Both the position numbers and the translations under genes were made by a program. Source: an uncultured Candidatus Peribacteria bacterium (lineage in GTDB: Bacteria; Patescibacteriota; Gracilibacteria; UBA4473). Taken from it: DNA of 64,000 nt. The notes below the pieces were generated by a model. The model did no database searches. It was not told the DNA's origin and saw only the letters and a program-made list of their open reading frames with translations. The stretch's first letter is position 1; every line of letters starts with the position of its first letter. Below, one piece after another: positions 61,785-64,000 of the stretch. The stretch lies in NCBI GenBank assembly GCA_964526665.1, contig CAZGJL010000004.1, forward strand, positions 2,064 through 66,063. Reading direction: 5' to 3'.

Positions 61785-62192
61785 TTACTCCATAGGCATC
61801 ATTTCCGCTGGATCTATTTCCATTGGTTCTGGTACTACAGGCGGTGCTACTACTGGAGTTTCTACTGCAGCTGCTTGCATTGCTGCTTCACGTGCTGCTT
61901 TTACTTGTGACATAGAACATTCTGAATTCACAAGTCCCACTTCAACACGACTTTCACCTTCTCCTGCAAATAAATTCACGGTATTACAATTTTGTGATAA
62001 CTGAATAACTCGAGTCACCGCATCATTTTGTCCAAGTTGCACTCCTCTCTGTACTCCCTGAGTGAATATAACATTATTTAATGCTCCCCAACCTGTGTAC
62101 AACACAAATAATGTTGCGAATAAACACCAAAGAATAAGAATGACTTTCCCTATAGTCCAGTGCTTGGCTACGAACGGATTTTTGACTTTCAT
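61785..62192 (-). CDS. hypothetical membrane-anchored protein
   Basis: 135 aa with one N-terminal TM segment and a Pro/Val-rich acidic tail. Confidence 0.55.
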   Translation of the reverse strand: MKVKNPFVAKHWTIGKVILILWCLFATLFVLYTGWGALNNVIFTQGVQRGVQLGQNDAVTRVIQLSQNCNTVNLFAGEGESRVEVGLVNSECSMSQVKAAREAAMQAAAVETPVVAPPVVPEPMEIDPAEMMPME

Positions 62193-62354
62193 GTTTATGT
62201 TTGAATTAAAAAATAGAAAACACGTGCAAGAAGTTAACTGCTCATGAAAAAAAATTCAAGTATTTTTTATAGAAATTCATGAAAAAACATTTGCTCCGCT
62301 TTTTAAAAGCCCTACAATTCTAAGGAAAGTTTTGGATATTAACCCCCTTGAACA

Positions 62355-63023
62355 ATGAAAAAACTCTTATCACTCGGACTCGCACTTACTATGTGCTCCA
62401 CTGTACTTATCGGAACAGCTGACGCATATACTGCGACAATGGATTCTATGAACCAAGCTTCTACCGTTTCTGTAGCAAGAAATCGACAAGCAAACTACCT
62501 GGAGGCACTCCGTCTTCGATACAAAAATATGTATAACCAGGAACGCCGTGACCGAAACTACTACAATTCATATCTTCAAAAAAATCGATTGAATTTCTTG
62601 AAACAAGAAAATAATGTTGTAGGAAATTTAAATTCAAAAATGACTCGTGAAGGAGACATGGAAGAAGGAAGAGAGCGTGTACGAACAGTAGATAGATATC
62701 GTGTACAGGCTGTAAATGCCAAACAAACTTTCCGAAAAGCAGCTGTAAATTACTACCTTGATGGTGGAGATGGATACTCTAGTGCAGAAGCTATGGAAAT
62801 GGGAAACGTTGATGGAATGACAAACGTTGTACCACGAAAACGAATGGTTGATGCCATGTACAAAATGCATGTTGGTGCAACAAACCTTACTACTCGTGAT
62901 ATGGTACGTAATCTTGGAATGCATTCAGGAGAAACAGGAATTACAAAACCTTCAACATACCGAACAGGACAATTCCACGGTAAAATGCTCTCACCATATA
63001 TGAGCACTCGTTGGATGAACTAG
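62355..63023 (+). CDS. hypothetical secreted protein
   Basis: Signal peptide MKKLLSLGLALTMCSTVLIGTADA. Asn/Arg/Tyr-rich mature part. Confidence 0.6.
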   Translation: MKKLLSLGLALTMCSTVLIGTADAYTATMDSMNQASTVSVARNRQANYLEALRLRYKNMYNQERRDRNYYNSYLQKNRLNFLKQENNVVGNLNSKMTREGDMEEGRERVRTVDRYRVQAVNAKQTFRKAAVNYYLDGGDGYSSAEAMEMGNVDGMTNVVPRKRMVDAMYKMHVGATNLTTRDMVRNLGMHSGETGITKPSTYRTGQFHGKMLSPYMSTRWMN

Positions 63024-63047
63024 TTCTATCATTTAATAATGAATATT

Positions 63048-63075
63048 AAAGACTCACTCCGGTGGGTCTTTTTTG
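63048..63075 (+). terminator. rho-independent terminator
   Basis: AGACTCAC-TCCG-GTGGGTCT followed by TTTTT. Confidence 0.7.
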
Positions 63076-63081
63076 TACATA

Positions 63082-63116
63082 AAAATTCCTTATTTGTAGT
63101 TTGAAGTTTGTAGTTT
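63082..63116. repeat. heptad-unit intergenic repeat copy
   Basis: AAAATTCCTTATT-TGTAGTT-TGAAGTT-TGTAGTT-T. Confidence 0.7.
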
Positions 63117-63126
63117 AAAAATTGAA

Positions 63127-63978
63127 TCACCAATCCTTTCTCTGTCCTTCTGGTCCACGATGGAATACCCCGAAGTCCGAAAATGTCATTGCCTTCTCGG
63201 CAGAAACAACTGGTCCTATCTGACACATCTTTTCTCCTGTCTCCACTACACACTGTCCACAGATTCCAAATCCACACTTCATATACCGTTCTACTGAAAC
63301 CTCACACGCAACTCCTGCGGCAATACACATTTCTGCAATTGCTTTCATCATTTTTTCGGGACCACACGTCTGAACGAGATCAATCTTCTCTTCACTCAAA
63401 AGTTTTTCTAAAATGTGTGTTGAAAATCCTTCAATTCCTGCTGAACCGTCATTTGTTGCTACTAAAGTTCTAAATCCTGTTTCTGTTGATTTCTTTTCCC
63501 ATATAAGCAAATTTTTACTCCGCGCTCCAATAATCATTGTTACATCAGATCCAGCATCTTGATGCGCTTTTCCAGTGAAATGGAGCGGAGCCGTTCCATA
63601 TCCCCCTCCCGCAAGAACAACTTTTTTGTTCATAACCTTGGAGTACCCGTGACCATATGCTCCACGCATCCCCACACGATCCCCTTCTTTCATTTCGAAT
63701 AATTGCGTTGTCGCTGGTCCTACTTTGCAAATAGTCAGCCAAATTTCTCCATCATAATCTCTGGCAACAGAAAATGGTTTTTCATCAAATCCTGGAATCC
63801 ATAGCATACAAAATTGCCCCGGAGTTGATCCCAATGTTCCTTTGAAAACATATGTTCGAATATTCTCCGCTTCGTCCCACATACGATCTATTACAAAGGC
63901 TCTCGGCTCTGTATCCAATTCATGATAAACCGTGTCATTTGTATTACTTCCGCAACCGCCGCCTCCACAGCATCCCAT
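63127..63978 (-). CDS. pyrK: PyrK-like FAD/NAD-binding oxidoreductase with C-terminal 2Fe-2S motif (dihydroorotate dehydrogenase electron-transfer subunit family)
   Basis: FNR-like fold pattern (GDRVGMRGAYG, VLAGGGYGTAP) and CGFGICGQCVV. Unusual N-terminus MGCCGGGGCGS. Confidence 0.75.
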   Translation of the reverse strand: MGCCGGGGCGSNTNDTVYHELDTEPRAFVIDRMWDEAENIRTYVFKGTLGSTPGQFCMLWIPGFDEKPFSVARDYDGEIWLTICKVGPATTQLFEMKEGDRVGMRGAYGHGYSKVMNKKVVLAGGGYGTAPLHFTGKAHQDAGSDVTMIIGARSKNLLIWEKKSTETGFRTLVATNDGSAGIEGFSTHILEKLLSEEKIDLVQTCGPEKMMKAIAEMCIAAGVACEVSVERYMKCGFGICGQCVVETGEKMCQIGPVVSAEKAMTFSDFGVFHRGPEGQRKDW

Positions 63979-64000
63979 ATTTATTGTTTGTGAAATAATC

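Noticed and set aside
1-64000. Alternative genetic code (UGA read as an amino acid, as in Gracilibacteria/SR1)
   Set aside because: Long conserved genes (leuS, pnp, gyrB, pyrG, glyQS) are uninterrupted under the standard code and end at plausible positions.
1-64000. CRISPR array, cas genes, transposase, integrase or prophage block
   Set aside because: No regularly spaced direct repeats with unique spacers were seen, and no ORF shows recombinase, transposase, capsid or terminase motifs. The repeats present are heptad or hairpin types described separately.

Overview
AT-rich bacterial chromosome segment that uses the standard genetic code. Long ORFs are uninterrupted, so there is no sign of UGA recoding. 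Gene content and style suggest a small-genome, Patescibacteria/CPR-like organism. This placement is inference only, because no database search was possible. All calls rest on motif recognition by eye, manual translation and manual repeat alignment.

Contents: about 60 protein genes and three tRNAs (Asp-GUC, Leu-CAA, Val-GAC). I found no rRNA, CRISPR array, transposase or integrase.

- Translation and housekeeping: glyQS (partial at the left edge and missing from the ORF track), hisS, leuS, rpsO-pnp, rpsT, trmD, gyrB, recR, ybaB.
- Scattered nucleotide and folate genes: purE-like, purC, pyrG, tmk, folP, folD, a half-size carB, and a pyrK-like gene.
- Envelope genes: lgt, lspA, mltG, a 3D-domain/PG-binding protein, two mscS-family channels, an SLH-domain protein, and a Kv-like K+ channel.

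Most notable non-routine content:
1. Five tandem type IV pilin paralogs with a constant N-terminal part and unrelated C-terminal tips. Two of them share a 357-bp identical block.
2. A dispersed intergenic repeat family built from 7-nt units (TGTAGTT/TGAAGTT). As inverted copies it brackets a four-helix-bundle (Avd/23S-IVS-type) gene and also trmD. One copy abuts a glycosylphosphotransferase gene that lacks its catalytic domain.
3. A DUF559 endonuclease cassette bounded by inverted C5/G5 hairpin repeats, with a solo copy of the repeat next to tRNA-Asp and a tRNA-Asp 3' fragment.
4. A tightly coupled three-gene operon: a GTP cyclohydrolase II-nucleotidyltransferase fusion, a 2H phosphoesterase and an archaeal-type pyrimidine reductase.
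5. A GC-rich region with mutually exclusive helices plus a strong hairpin directly upstream of an SF1 helicase.
6. Two unusual large proteins. One has 7 tandem Cys-rich modules. The other is 1048 aa, coiled-coil and Gly-rich, with a PVV microsatellite.
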